A stretch of 48,944 nt of DNA, filler included, from an uncultured virus (IMG/VR IMGVR_UViG_2049941000_000076) (9 parts of one record of this genome joined end to end with filler, not necessarily neighbours in it), one strand, 5' to 3'. Positions 1 through 11,700 are shown, numbered from the whole stretch's first letter. Numbers and translations are program-made. Notes: generated by a model from the sequence alone, not told the origin.

Positions 1-320
1 GTGAAACTGGATAACCGTGACGGCGTTTTAGGCGATGCTCGTACTGACTCGACAACATATAACAACTGCAAACTTACGGTTACTTATGGATTCAAAAGAC
101 CGGTAGGCAGCATTTATGATTCGATTCGCGGCGGCGTGTATTATATCAATGGATATGATATTGATGCGGACACAAATGCGGTGACAATCACTGCTGTTGA
201 TATACTCAGCCTTTTGACGGATATTATTGATTCATCTTCTGACGATCCGGAAACAGCATATTTGTGGGTTGAGCTTGTAAAGCATCAGGCAAATCAATCG
301 CAAATTGTGCCTGTCACGGA
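1..320 (+). CDS. Tail/baseplate protein, internal fragment (displaced middle of the gene starting at 5784)
   Basis: The window begins GTGAAACTG, the same 9 nt that end the contig at 5973-5981 (..ITVKL). The frame continues LDNRDG..VTYGF..GVYYINGY..ITAVDILSLL, typical of siphovirus tail proteins. Confidence 0.65.
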
Positions 321-330
321 NNNNNNNNNN

Positions 331-3300
331 AAGGCATTTCAAAGCTGAATAAGATCGGGGCTGATGAAGTATCCGACAAATCAGTTAGCAATATTGAAGT
401 GCTTTCTCGCGTTATGAATGCGCTTAGTAATATTTCTCCGGCAGCAGGCGCGGTGAAAATTGACAAATCGTTTGCGNNNNNNNNNNAAAGTGTGGATTCT
501 CTCACTGACGGAATGGCAAAACTGAAAGGTGTTGGAGACAGCGACATTTCGGATAAGACAATAAGCAATGTTGAAATGTTTTCAAAGGCTATTCAGGTGA
601 TCGGTGAAATCTCTCAAAGCGCAAGTGCGGTGAAAATCGACAAGTCATTCACGCAAAGCGCGGAGACTTTGAGCGATGGAGTATCTAAGCTTAGCGGCGT
701 TTTCAATCAGAACATACCGGACAATGCTATTGACAATATCGAAAAGATTTCCGGCATTGTTTCGGCACTTGGCGCTGTTGCACCGTATTTAGGTAGCATA
801 AATGTCGGGAGAACATTCGGCAGCAGTGCGGAAGCAATCACGGACGGCATTGCAAAGCTGAATGGTGTCATCAATCTGAGCATTCCGGATAGTGCAGTAA
901 GCACAATCGAAACGCTGTCGGCGATCATCACAGCACTTAGCGCAATTGCACCGTATGCAAACGGCTTGAAGGTGAATAAATCCTTTGAACAGAGCGTTGA
1001 AGCAATCGGCGCAGGCATCGTGAAGCTGAATTCTTTCGGTGAAATCAGCCTGTCTGATAACACGCTTGCAAGCATTGAAATGTTTGCAAATGCAATCCCT
1101 AGTCTCAGCGCACTTGCCGCAATCACAAAGGAACTGAATATCAGCAGCAATTTTGCTGAAAGCATCGAAAGTCTCGGCAAAGCACTGCAAAGTGTGAATT
1201 CGCTTGGCAATGTGTCTTTGTCTGAGGATACGATTGTCAGCATTAAAAAGCTGAATGAAGCAATCTCCGGTCTTTCTAGTGTGAGTGCAAATGCGAACGG
1301 TTTCAAGGTCGGAAAATCGTTTGCAAACAGCATTGATACTATTTCGGAGAACATTCCGAAACTGAATGCACTCGGCAGCTCCGGCGATGTGTCTGCGGCT
1401 TCTGAGAACGTCCAGAACCTTAATAACGCGACAGCGAACCTGAAATCCGTTGCTGAGAATATCAACTCTTTTGATATTGGCAAGGGATTCAGCGTGAGCG
1501 TTGATGTTTTGAAAGCTGCAATCACACAGCTTGAAAGCCTGAGCAATACAGGTGAACTGACAAAGGGCATTGAGAATCTTGAACGCGGATTCTCCCGCAT
1601 GAATCAAATCGAGATCGGAACGGGATTTGTCGAACTGTATGAAGCAGCAAAGCGATACAATCAGGCGATGACGTATCTGCTTCAATTCAATATCGGTGCA
1701 AATTTTTCCGATAACATTAACCGTATAGCCCGTGCTGCGGAAACACTGAACGCAGTTGATTTCAGCGGTTTCACAAAGATGAACGCGGCACTTGCGCAGA
1801 TCCCGGAGAACGTCAGAATCACATTCGGCGCTGGCACGGATGAGGTTCAGACAATGATTTCTTCGCTCAAGGCGCTCAGCGAAACCGTTGAAACGATCAA
1901 GCAAGGAATGGCGAAAAAGCTGGTTCAGAATTCCGGCGAACGTGAAACAACAAGCAAGATTGATTATCAGTGGTCTGATGATGAAGTGCGAAAGACGCTT
2001 GAACGCTCTGCGGCGTTTAAGGCTGAACAGCAGGAAATCAAGAAAACACTTGACGCATATAAACGGCTTGGTGAGGAAGCCCCTGACAGCGTGAAACAGG
2101 CTGCTGAACGGCTTGGACTTCTCGGCAATGCCGCGAAAAACGCGACAAACGGCGCTGTTGAATCTGCGGCTGCGTCTGCAAATTCCGCGCAAAGCTCGGT
2201 TGAAGCGGCAGGAAGAAGTGCAGAGAATGCAAGTGAGAAGTTCACCGCATTTCAAAATGTCATTAGTGGCACGTTTTCTGTAATGACCAAAATCGGAGCT
2301 GGCATTGGTCGCCTTAACTTTGGTGTTGTTATGGCACCGCTGAAAATGTTAGGGAACGCATTCACAAAGGTTGCTGAAAAGGCAAGTCAGCTTTGGAAGT
2401 CGCTGAAACGTATTGCGATGTATCGTGCAATCAGAGCGGCGCTGAAAGCGATTTCTGACGGCTTCAAAGAGGGGCGTGAAAACCTCTATCAGTACAGCTT
2501 ACAGGTCGGCACTGAATTCGCAAAGTCGATGGACAAAGCTGCTACTGCTGCATTGTACCTCAAAAATAGCATTGGTGCTGCTACTGCACCGCTGACGAAT
2601 TATCTTGTGCCGATTATTGACAGAGCTGTTGACAGCATTGTCGATCTTATCAACAAGTTCAATGAGCTGACTGCATCTCTCATGGGTGCGCAGACATGGA
2701 CGAAAGCACTGAAATTCCCGAAAGCGTGGGCTGATGCTGCGGATGATGCGACTGATTCCGCAAAGAAGCTGAAAAGCACTGTCCTCGGATTCGATGAACT
2801 GAACGTGATTGAACCGAAACTCCCGACAACAAAGTCAAGCGAGTTTACGGCAGACGATTACAGCAAGATGTTCACCGAAATGCAGACTGACTATCACATT
2901 CAGGAGAAAGTGCAAGAGATCATCGTGCCTATCAAACTGGCATGGGATAATGAGGGCGACAGAACGCTTACAAGCATCAAAACAGCATGGGAACAAATCA
3001 AGGGCTTGATTGAAGCCGTTGGAGCAAGTTTCCGTGAAGTTTGGCTGAATGGCACAGGGCAGCAGACGCTTGAACTGATTGCCGGAATTATTCAGGGCAT
3101 TGTCGGAACGGTTGGCAATCTCGCCGCTGCATTCAAAAATGCGTGGGAAGAAGCCGGTCTAGGCACACACGTTATTCAGGGCGTATGGGACACGGCAAAC
3201 ATAGTGTTGCAGTATGTCAAGGATGTATGGGCTGATATAAGCGAATGGGCGCAAAACCTTAATTTCACTCCCCTGCTTGAAGCATTTGACGGTCTTGCGT

Positions 3301-5319
3301 ATTCCGTAAAGGATTTGCTTGACCCGTCCGGTGCGCTGTATCAAATCATGCGCGATATATGGACAAAGGTGCTTCTGCCTATCGGTAAGTGGCTTGTCGA
3401 AAAGGGATTGCCGAAAGCAATCAATCTTATAACTGCCGCTGTAAAACTTCTCGGCGGTGTGCTTGAAAGCCTGAAACCTGTTTTGGATTGGCTTGCAAAT
3501 GAAATGATTCCGGATGTAGGTAAATTCCTCAGTGGAGCATTTTCAGGCATTGCAGATTTTGTCATTGATGACATTGAGACAATCGCAAAACAGCTCAAAG
3601 GCGAAAATGTTACAAGTCTCTTTGGCGGCTTCTGGGNNNNNNNNNNAAAGGCGAAAATGTTACAAGTCTCTTTGGCGGCTTCTGGGATGAATTGTTTGAC
3701 ACTGGAAACGACTTGAACGGCGCATTTTGGGAAGATTGGCTGAACGGCGCAAAAGACATTGTTTCCGATTCCTCTTTGTCTCGGCAGATGCAAAGCGTAG
3801 GAGAAAAGCTGTTTGACTTCGGTCAGGGTATTAAGGATTGGTGGAAAGAAAGCGTTCTCGGCGAAACAGAGGATGATATAGCAATTAAAATCAAGCCTGT
3901 TCTTTCTGGCACTGATTCCCTTACAAACCCGCTTGAAGAAGATTGGNNNNNNNNNNNNNNNNNNNNNNNNNNNNNNNNNNNNNNNNNNNNNNNNNNNNNN
4001 NNNNNNNNNNNNNNNNNNNNNNNNNNNNNNNNNNNNNNNNNNNNNNNNNNNNNNNNNNNNNNNNNNGCAATTTCTTCTCTACTGAGTGGAACGGATATAT
4101 TGAAGCGTGGGGCAATGGCTGGCAGTCAATTAAAGATTCTGCGTCTGAAATGTGGAATGGTGTTGTTGAAACATGGTCTACAGGATGGACTACGATCAAA
4201 GACACGGCTTCTTATCTGTGGAATGGCTTTGTTGAATCGTGGCAATCCGGCGTTGATACTATCAAGGACTTCTTTACGCAGAAATGGACAAGCTACAAAG
4301 ATTCGTGGTCAAGCGGATGGGAAACTATTTCAAAGGCGGTCGGTGACAGGTGGACGAAGATCAAAAATTCGCTTGGCACTGGATGGGCAAACCTGAAATC
4401 AAAAGTCACGGATTATGCTGACAACTGGAAATCCGGATTTACTGCGATTTGGGACTTTGTTTCCGAAAAGTGGGAATCACTTAAAAACAGCCTGAGCAGC
4501 GGATGGGATGCACTAAAAGACAATGTGTCCGGCTTCGCAGATGATTTCAAGGGCAAGTTTGACGATGTGAAAACCGTCATTTCGACTTCGTGGGCAGACA
4601 TAAAGCAGGATTTCAATGACGGCATATCTGAATTCACAGGGAATTGGTCAACAGGCATCGGAGACATGCAGAAGTGGTTCTCTGATGGCGTGACGAACCT
4701 TACCGGATATTGGTCTGACGGCGTTTCGGAGCTTGGCAAGACGNNNNNNNNNNGCGAGAAGATTTCCGGCGCATTCTCAACAGGATTTGAAAGCCTGACA
4801 AAGACAATGAGCGCTGTTGCTGAAAAAATAAAAACACCGATTAACAGCGTTTTGGATGTGCTTGAATCGCTTCTGAATAATTTCATTGACGGCTTGAATT
4901 ATTATATCGGGAAGATAAACAGTGCACTCTCGATTGATATTCCTGATAATGTGCCTGTAATCGGCGGCACAAAATTCAGCATTGATATTCCTGAGATCCC
5001 AGTTGTAAACATTGCGCATCTCGCAAGCGGTGGAATCCCGCAAACCGGTCAGATGTTCATTGCGCGTGAAGCAGGCGCAGAGCTTGTCGGTCGCGTAGGA
5101 AACCGCACAGCGGTTATGAACAATGACCAAATCGTCAACGCGGTTTCTGACGGTGTATACAGAGCGATGATGAGCGCGATGTCTAACAGCAATAACAGCA
5201 GTGACGGCAAACCGGTAGAAGTGCATGTGCACCTTGACGGGCGCGAAATCACAAGCACTGTAGAGCAGACACAGCGTGAGCGCGGAATTGATATTTATGG
5301 CGGCGCAATATTCGTGTAA
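331..5319 (+). CDS. Tape measure protein, main and C-terminal part (gapped; N-terminus at 48510-48944)
   Basis: More than 1600 codons of Ala/Ser-rich helical sequence, an LGFDELNVI motif, Trp repeats at about 11-aa spacing, and a C-terminal LASGG..GQMFIAREAGAELVG..VHLDGREI motif. Apparent frame changes coincide with N gaps. Confidence 0.92.
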
Positions 5320-5343
5320 ATAAAGATCATGGAGGGCGTTGAA

Positions 5344-5772
5344 ATGGCAAACCTTGTGACTATTGAACCGCTTGTTTTAGGCGCAGAGGGATATGTCGTT
5401 CCGACGCCCTCAGAGTATATAGCAAACACTTCCACAATCGTGGACAGTGCTCGAAATGTGGATGGATATATGTGCGGTTCTGTTGTGCGTGATGATGTTG
5501 CAAAAATCAGCATGAAATGGGCGCTTATATCTCCGGAAGATTGGGCAGAGCTTTTACAGCAGTTTGAGCCTGCATACGGCGGGTATTTCACGCGGAATGT
5601 CACGTTCTTTAATCAGACTTCAAACTCACTTGAAACGCGCGAAATGTACGTTTCAGACCGTAATTCTTCCGGCAGTTTTCTTCTGTACAATGCGAATGAC
5701 GCGCCGTCACCTGAACTGATAGGTTTGCCGCGTGGATTCCTTGACGCAAGTCTGTCGCTGATTGAAGTGTGA
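5344..5772 (+). CDS. Distal tail-like protein
   Basis: Directly follows the tape measure gene. GGAGGG SD before ATG 5344. Carries DSARNVDG and MYVSDR motifs seen in such tail proteins. Confidence 0.65.
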   Translation: MANLVTIEPLVLGAEGYVVPTPSEYIANTSTIVDSARNVDGYMCGSVVRDDVAKISMKWALISPEDWAELLQQFEPAYGGYFTRNVTFFNQTSNSLETREMYVSDRNSSGSFLLYNANDAPSPELIGLPRGFLDASLSLIEV

Positions 5773-5783
5773 GGTGATTCAAC

Positions 5784-6655
5784 ATGCAGACAGCTTCACA
5801 GGCTTGGATTCAAAGCAATAACAGAGCATTCACAACGCCTGCGAGTATTGCGGTTATTATTGATATACCGGACGGGAGAACGCTGATTGCCGGTAACTCG
5901 CGCATTATATCATTTAAGCACGAAACAAACGGCGATTTGATGAGCGGCTCTATTTCAGTCACAAAGATCACAGTGAAACTGNNNNNNNNNNTTTGCAGAT
6001 TGAATATGATGATGATTTTTTCCGGACTATTAAATTTGTATTTCCTACCACTACCAAAAAGACTTGCCGTGAAGTATTGCAGCTCATTGCACACGGATGC
6101 AAGTGTGTGCTTTATACGGATAGAGCAAATACAATTCACATCGAACCGATTGACAGAATGATTCACAAAGACTATGTGATTTCTTCAAAAGTGCAGTATT
6201 CTCGCCCGAAACTTGCTTTTGACAATCCGATAAACGGGATGCGCTTTTACACAAACAATGCAATGTCACGCAAGGACGGAGATCAAGGCGCAAATGGTCA
6301 GCAGATTATCATGGAAAATGAAGGTCTGCACACTGAATTTATCGGAATCTATACAGCAGAAGTGGGCGAATATTACTATCATTTGTTTGAAGAATCGCAT
6401 ATCACGTTTTCCGGAACATGGAGAGCTGACCCGCGACTTGATCTGTTCGACGTTATTTTGATTGAATCAGGCGGCGAAGAAGAAGCGGTTTGTGTGACAT
6501 CATTCACATTTGAATTCAGCGGCGCGTGGAAAGGCAAATTCAAGGCGAGAAATATTGAACCGCTCGGATATTATACGAATATTGCTTCTCTGGAAAATTA
6601 CAGAATTCTTGACCTTGAAAAAACGTCTATCAATGAATTGGAGGGAGATACATGA
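5784..6655 (+). CDS. Tail/baseplate hub-like protein (gapped; middle piece at 1-320)
   Basis: GAGGTG SD before ATG 5784. C-terminal WRADPRLDLFDVI motif. Located in the tail module. Confidence 0.6.
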
Positions 6656-7557
6656 GTACGACTTATACAAATTTTCTGCATCTTGGCTTGCAGGAAAACA
6701 AAAATGATAAGCTGGACTGGGATTTGGTGGTTGAAAACTGGAAAACTATTGACGGAGCTGTGCAGAACCGGCAGACGTTTGACATTACCACAACACTTGA
6801 AGCTTCGGCAAGCAATGAAATCGACGCTGACCATATAACGACGGTTGGCAGCTATCAGTTTTCAAGCGATGCAATCCAATATATTTCGCATCTTCCTACA
6901 GGGCTATATTCTGATTCACGGCTTGATGTTATTAAGCTTCCTTCTGATAGACGTCAGCAGACCATTCGCCCTATCGGGGCTACACCCGTCATTTATGTGC
7001 GTAACAGCACTTCCGGAACTACTCCGTATGAAGGGTCGTTAATCCCCGCGATGACATCAGCGACAACGCCTAGCGGTGAAGTGATTGAATCCGGGCATTA
7101 CGATAACAGATACGGCTATCAGGCTTTTGATGGTGTAGATAGTCAGACATGGATGTCACATTCATGGGGCGATGGAACAAATGAGCTTGACGGCGATCCC
7201 GATACCTGCTTTGTCGGCTATATATGGGATAATCCGCAGGTCGTTTCGTCTGTAAAGATTTCGTTTTCTGCTGATACGGCATACACTGGCTGCATACAGT
7301 GCAAAGTAAATGATGTGTGGCAAACAGTTATATCAAGTATCACAATCGCAGACACTGGATACACAGTTGTAGAGCAATCGCTTGTATCGCCTGTTGAATG
7401 CACAGCAATCAGATTCTGCGTTCTTTCAGGAGATCAAGACAGGTTCTGTTCAAGCAACTATGGCGGCAATGTCTGCGAAATGATTGTATACGGCACGGGC
7501 GGATTGACAGCAACATGGGGCGACTGGTACAGCGTCGGAATGTCTGTAGTGCAATAA
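6652..7557 (+). CDS. Putative tail fibre/receptor-binding protein with a discoidin (F5/8 type C)-like C-terminal domain
   Basis: N-terminal TNFLHL..NWKTID motif. C-terminal IPAMTS..PSG..YQAFDG..W..IRF..EMIVYG pattern. Last gene of the tail module. Confidence 0.6.
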   Translation: MSTTYTNFLHLGLQENKNDKLDWDLVVENWKTIDGAVQNRQTFDITTTLEASASNEIDADHITTVGSYQFSSDAIQYISHLPTGLYSDSRLDVIKLPSDRRQQTIRPIGATPVIYVRNSTSGTTPYEGSLIPAMTSATTPSGEVIESGHYDNRYGYQAFDGVDSQTWMSHSWGDGTNELDGDPDTCFVGYIWDNPQVVSSVKISFSADTAYTGCIQCKVNDVWQTVISSITIADTGYTVVEQSLVSPVECTAIRFCVLSGDQDRFCSSNYGGNVCEMIVYGTGGLTATWGDWYSVGMSVVQ

Positions 7558-7571
7558 TGGAGGTGGTACAA

Positions 7572-8027
7572 ATGCAGCCGATTGAGCCGGGGGGTATCGC
7601 CCTGAAAAGCAAGGAGGGAAAAGTCTTGCAATACTTCATTAAATCATTCACAGCACTTTGCTGCTCCCTTGCATCATTTTTGTGGGGACAGCTTGACGGG
7701 CTTCTTCTCGCGTTAATATCATTCATCTGCTTGGATTACATTACCGGCGTGATTGTGGCGGCGACACGGCACAAGGTGAACAGTGCGGTGAGCTTCAAAG
7801 GGCTTGCGAAGAAAATGTTTATCCTGATTTTTGTAGCAGTCGCACATATCATTGACACACAGATTCTCGGTGGAAATGCCGCTGTGCTGAGATCGGCAAC
7901 ATGTGGCTTGTATATCGCAAGTGAAGGCATCTCCATCCTTGAAAACGGCGGAAAACTGGGCGTGCCGTATCCGAAAAAGCTGAAAGAGCTGCTTGAACAG
8001 CTCAAAGACAAATCCGACGAAAAGTGA
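7572..8027 (+). CDS. Phage holin (toxin secretion/phage lysis holin family)
   Basis: Motifs LDYITG..KGLAKK..EGISILEN..LGVP, with hydrophobic segments. Possible starts ATG 7572 and TTG 7626, each with an SD. Confidence 0.92.
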   Translation: MQPIEPGGIALKSKEGKVLQYFIKSFTALCCSLASFLWGQLDGLLLALISFICLDYITGVIVAATRHKVNSAVSFKGLAKKMFILIFVAVAHIIDTQILGGNAAVLRSATCGLYIASEGISILENGGKLGVPYPKKLKELLEQLKDKSDEK

Positions 8028-8041
8028 AAGGAGCTGAAACT

Positions 8042-8831
8042 ATGTTTACACCGCGTANNNNNNNNNNNNNNNNNNNNNNNNNNNNNNNNNNNNNNNNNNN
8101 NNNNNNNNNNNNNNNNNNNNNNNNNNNNNNNNNNNNNNNNNNNNNNNNNNNNNNNNNNNNNNNNNNNNNNNNNNNNNNNNNNNNNNNNNNNNNNNNNNNN
8201 NNNNNNNNNNNNNNNNNNNNNNNNNNNNNNNNNNNNNNNNNNNNNNNNNNNNNNNNNNNNNNNNNNNNNNNNNNNNNNNNNNNNNNNNNNNNNNNNNNNN
8301 NNNNNNNNNNNNNNNNNNNNNNNNNNNNNNNNNNNNNNNNNNNNNNNNNNNNNNNNNNNNNNNNNNNNNNNNNNNNNNNNNNNNNNNNNNNNNNNATCGT
8401 GTGGCAGAAAGGTGCGACGCTGAAACCGGATGACGGTGCGGGGCATGTTGCTGTTGTGGAGCAAATCAATCCTGACGGCAGCATTATCACGTCTGAATCC
8501 GGATGGAACTGCACTAATCCATTCTGGCTGACAACGCGCAGACCGCCTTTTGCGTACATGGACGGCTATAAGCTTCTTGGCTTCGTATATCAGCCGGACG
8601 GCAACAAGAACCCGTACAATGAACCGAAACGCGCACTGAAAAAGGGATATTTCGGCAGTGATGTAAAGTGGCTGCAATNNNNNNNNNNAATATCTCCGCC
8701 AAAATGAAATTGACGGCAGTTTCGGCAATATCACGCTCGGTGCTCTGCTTGCATTCCAGTTTGAGCATGCACTTGAAGTTGACGGCGTGTGCGGCGCAAT
8801 CACAAAACAGCATTTGAAGGAGGAATACTAA
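8042..8831 (+). CDS. Endolysin: CHAP domain plus peptidoglycan-binding domain (gapped)
   Basis: GHVAVVE..SES (CHAP His motif), then LKKG..GSDVKWLQ and IDGSFG..AFQ....LEVDGVCG..T (PG_binding_1). Follows the holin. Confidence 0.88.
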
Positions 8832-8832
8832 G

Positions 8833-9045
8833 ATGGTTCAAATCGAAAGAGTGACAGAGCGAACGGCAAAAGGCTGCAAATGCGATATGCTTATCAGTAC
8901 AGTTGCAGAGCTTCCGGCAATGAATTCAAGTGTTGACGGCATCAAAATTCTTGCCGGAAGTAAAGCATATATCATTCAAGCCGATATGTGGGCAACACTT
9001 GACGATGACGGCAAGTGGTATTCCGGCGGTCAGGAAATCAGCTAA
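8833..9045 (+). CDS. Hypothetical protein
   Basis: ORF with AGGAGG SD, tightly packed after the endolysin. Confidence 0.7.
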   Translation: MVQIERVTERTAKGCKCDMLISTVAELPAMNSSVDGIKILAGSKAYIIQADMWATLDDDGKWYSGGQEIS

Positions 9046-9063
9046 TCGAAAGGCGGTATAACT

Positions 9064-9264
9064 ATGTCTGTATCGTTTAACGATTTGCAAAAGTACGCTG
9101 AAGCTGGCATTGCAAGTGATGACATGACGCACTACGACAAAATGAATGCACTTGCTATGTTCCGCAGACACATACGCACAAAAATGTATGTATATGCTGG
9201 CACTGACGAAAAATGCTATCTCGGCACTGACGGTAAAGTGTACGCAAGCAAGAAAGGAGCATGA
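9064..9264 (+). CDS. Hypothetical protein
   Basis: ORF with SD and ATGA overlap with the next gene. Confidence 0.6.
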   Translation: MSVSFNDLQKYAEAGIASDDMTHYDKMNALAMFRRHIRTKMYVYAGTDEKCYLGTDGKVYASKKGA

Positions 9265-10628
9265 ATATGTCTGAAATTGACATCGAAGTGTATAGCGGCA
9301 CACACTCATGCGCTGATATCGATTCCAATATCGACGAAGTCGTTGCAGCACGCGGGCAGTATGAAAGTCTTGGTGCAAGACTTACGGCAGAAGAATCCGC
9401 AACCGAAAGCAAGCAGGCATCGCTGACAATTACACAGATGAACGCTGTGAATTCCGGAGCAACGGCAGATGGAATTGACGCTGCTAACAAATTAACGGAT
9501 GCGGAAATCTCAGGTCAAATTTTCGCAAGCAGTGAAGGATGGACAAACGGGAACCCGTATAATCAGATTTCATACCGTAACTACATTTATTTCGTAGAAT
9601 CGCTCACCAGAATTACCAGCCCTAGAGTATCGACTGCCGGAGCAAAATTTTTATCTGTAGATGTTGAAGATGGGTACAGGGTTCGCGTTTTGTTTTGGCA
9701 AACGACTGGCTCTTTCGTGAGTAATGGAGTCTATCCGTACATCGAAAGTGAGTATCAAGACCTCACAGCATGGCAAACAGGAAAAAGGCTCATTAAAATT
9801 CCGGAGTGTGCGAAAGCGTTCAGCGTATCAATTTCGATGGCAAGTGGTAGCATCGAAACAAGCGACTACGACAAAGCAAAGGTAACATTTATTAAAAAAG
9901 ATATTGCACCATCTGCAATAAAAAATGGCGTTTTTCTCGGAGACTCCATTTCTTTTGGATTCTATTCCTACTGGGATGGGTCTTATCGCAAAAATGCAGA
10001 CGATGTTACTACGACGCTGGCATACACAAAAACTTCAAAGCGGATTTCAGACTGGTTCGGATATTTTTGTGAAGCAGAAATAGACAATCTGGCTATCCGC
10101 GGAACGGGCTATGTTGCAGACGCACGATCACTCGGAAACGCACTCGCGGTCGCGAGAAGAACTGATNNNNNNNNNNTTGTTGCTCTGTGTTTCGGCGTAA
10201 ACGATTACATTCAAAGCGTGGCACTTGGCTCTGACGCATCCAGTGCAGAGGGGACAGTGGCTGGGAATCTTTCCCGCGTTCTGAAAAAAATCTACGGCGA
10301 CAATCCGCTCGCAAAGGTTGTTGTTTTTTCTCCTTATAACACATGGGGGCAGTACCGTGATTCTTCATCATCTTCTCATACACTTTATGGCGATGAAACA
10401 ACTAACTACGCACTGGGGCATGAGATCGGCGGTAATACTCTGCAAGATGTCATAGATATCATCCACACTGTGTGCGAATACTACGGCGTGGAAGTGGTTG
10501 ATTTGAGCAAAGGTAACGTAATCAACCGCATAAATATAAAAGACATTCTCGTTGATGGGTTGCATCCGCTTGAAAGCAGCATGAAACAGCTTGCCGCAGA
10601 AATGTACGGGAATATGACTTACAAGTAA
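9261..10628 (+). CDS. SGNH/GDSL hydrolase-domain protein with an N-terminal fibre-like segment
   Basis: All four SGNH blocks are present: FLGDSISFG, NLAIRGTG, FGVND, DGLHP. N-terminal EVVAARG..SLGARL is typical of phage tail-associated proteins. Confidence 0.85.
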   Translation: MNMSEIDIEVYSGTHSCADIDSNIDEVVAARGQYESLGARLTAEESATESKQASLTITQMNAVNSGATADGIDAANKLTDAEISGQIFASSEGWTNGNPYNQISYRNYIYFVESLTRITSPRVSTAGAKFLSVDVEDGYRVRVLFWQTTGSFVSNGVYPYIESEYQDLTAWQTGKRLIKIPECAKAFSVSISMASGSIETSDYDKAKVTFIKKDIAPSAIKNGVFLGDSISFGFYSYWDGSYRKNADDVTTTLAYTKTSKRISDWFGYFCEAEIDNLAIRGTGYVADARSLGNALAVARRTDXXXXVALCFGVNDYIQSVALGSDASSAEGTVAGNLSRVLKKIYGDNPLAKVVVFSPYNTWGQYRDSSSSSHTLYGDETTNYALGHEIGGNTLQDVIDIIHTVCEYYGVEVVDLSKGNVINRINIKDILVDGLHPLESSMKQLAAEMYGNMTYK

Positions 10629-10695
10629 CATACCAACTAATCACCAATTAACCAACTGATAGACCAATTCGTCACACTACGAAACGGAGCATACT

Positions 10696-10735
10696 ATGAA
10701 ATATCAAATCACACTAACAAACTCCGAAATCGAAC
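10696..10735 (+). CDS. N-terminal fragment of a small protein, probably the start of the HTH regulator at 12466-12597
   Basis: GGAG SD and MKYQITLTNSEIE, truncated by a gap. The join is an inference. Confidence 0.4.
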
Positions 10736-10779
10736 NNNNNNNNNNNNNNNNNNNNNNNNNNNNNNNNNNNNNNNNNNNN

Positions 10780-10791
10780 TTAATTAATTAA
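10780..10791. other. Artificial scaffold linker TTAATTAATTAA (also at 14747, 19105, 21709, 25065, 27857, 30608, 40449)
   Basis: Six-frame stop linker embedded in N runs. Confidence 0.97.
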
Positions 10792-10835
10792 NNNNNNNNN
10801 NNNNNNNNNNNNNNNNNNNNNNNNNNNNNNNNNNN

Positions 10836-11088
10836 TGAATCTTGGCTGTTCAATCAGCCGCAGAACCTTTTTTATTTCCGGTCGTGCCTGAACTGTCTCA
10901 CCGCTGACGATTTCACGGAATCGGTTCTGTTCCGGAATCAGTGCGCCCCATGTGCGCATAGAATAGTCATCCAGCATTTGTTCATGCTTTGAAACAGTTT
11001 CCGATACGGATAAAGCGGGGTCATCAGTCCGGCTTTTTCTTAGGTATACTATGATTTCTTCCGGCTTTAACTCTGGAATTACAAACAC
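10836..11088 (-). CDS. Large serine integrase, N-terminal catalytic fragment
   Basis: YLRKSRTD (catalytic Ser motif) and EIVSG....RP motif. GTG start at 11088. Confidence 0.9.
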
Positions 11089-11223
11089 ACTTATCACATC
11101 CTTTATGCTTGAACACAAGCAGAGTGTCAAGCAGCTTTTCAATCATGGAATCGCGCCGGTCAATGCGCTCATCTTTGAGCGATATTTGGTGTTTCAGGAA
11201 GTCAATGCGGCGGCGGTATGATT
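11024..11223 (-). CDS. C-terminal coiled-coil fragment of the gene upstream of the integrase (possibly an XRE regulator)
   Basis: IDFLKHQISLKDERIDRRDSMIEKLL coiled coil. The rest is lost in a gap. Confidence 0.4.
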
Positions 11224-11233
11224 NNNNNNNNNN

Positions 11234-11535
11234 TTCAAAGGTATCTGCTGGCATGCCCTCGGCGTATTTCTCCCATAAGGAATCCCGTTTTGATTTAAGC
11301 GTTTCAAGTTTCGATTGCAGCATTTTGATTCTTGCAATTTGCGCTTCTGATTCGCTGCTATCATTCATCATACAGTGAATATCATCCAATTCTGCACGGA
11401 TTGCGCTTGTAACGCTTTTCATGATGATTTTAAGCGTACACCCGGCATTCCCGCAGATTGTCTGGTTTGAACAATACAGTCTGAATGATCTATCCTTTTT
11501 CCCATAGTGCCGCATAGCATATCCGCATTCACAGT
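11234..11535 (-). CDS. Serine integrase fragment (zinc ribbon plus coiled coil)
   Basis: CECG...YC....C followed by a coiled coil, as in large serine recombinases. Confidence 0.8.
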
Positions 11536-11545
11536 NNNNNNNNNN

Positions 11546-11652
11546 CAATTGCAGGTATGGTCGCTGAACTCCGCAATCTTATGAGAGATGCGCCTGACGA
11601 ACATACTCGAATGAGATTCCAGCGGTTTATTGACGAAATCGAAAACGCATAA
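11546..11652 (+). CDS. C-terminal fragment of the helical protein starting at 14400
   Basis: IAGMVAELRNLMRDAPDEHTRMRFQRFIDEIENA* resembles the usual C-terminus of that gut-phage family. The join is inferred. Confidence 0.6.
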
Positions 11653-11655
11653 CAA

Positions 11656-11695
11656 AGGGCGGCGCGGGAGTTTTCCTGCGCTGCTTCTTGCTTTA
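11656..11695. terminator. Probable bidirectional intrinsic terminator between convergent genes
   Basis: GGGCGGCGCGGGA-GTT-TTCCTGCGCTGCTT stem (with G-U pairs), A-rich 5' side and T-rich 3' side. Confidence 0.55.
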
Positions 11696-11700
11696 TTCCA

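Noticed and set aside
707..2255. Long minus-strand ORFs opposite the tape measure gene (also 43786-44994 opposite the capsid gene)
   Set aside because: Antisense shadows of strongly coding genes, with no motifs or SD.
3597..3686. 40-bp direct repeat and apparent frameshift in the tape measure gene
   Set aside because: The two copies flank a 10-N gap, so this is an unmerged contig overlap.
6652..10628. Diversity-generating retroelement targeting the fibre genes
   Set aside because: No reverse transcriptase or TR/VR pair is visible, though gaps could hide one.
10632..10670. Four ACCAAYT copies after the SGNH gene
   Set aside because: Too short and irregular to interpret. Possibly a regulator site, but unsupported.
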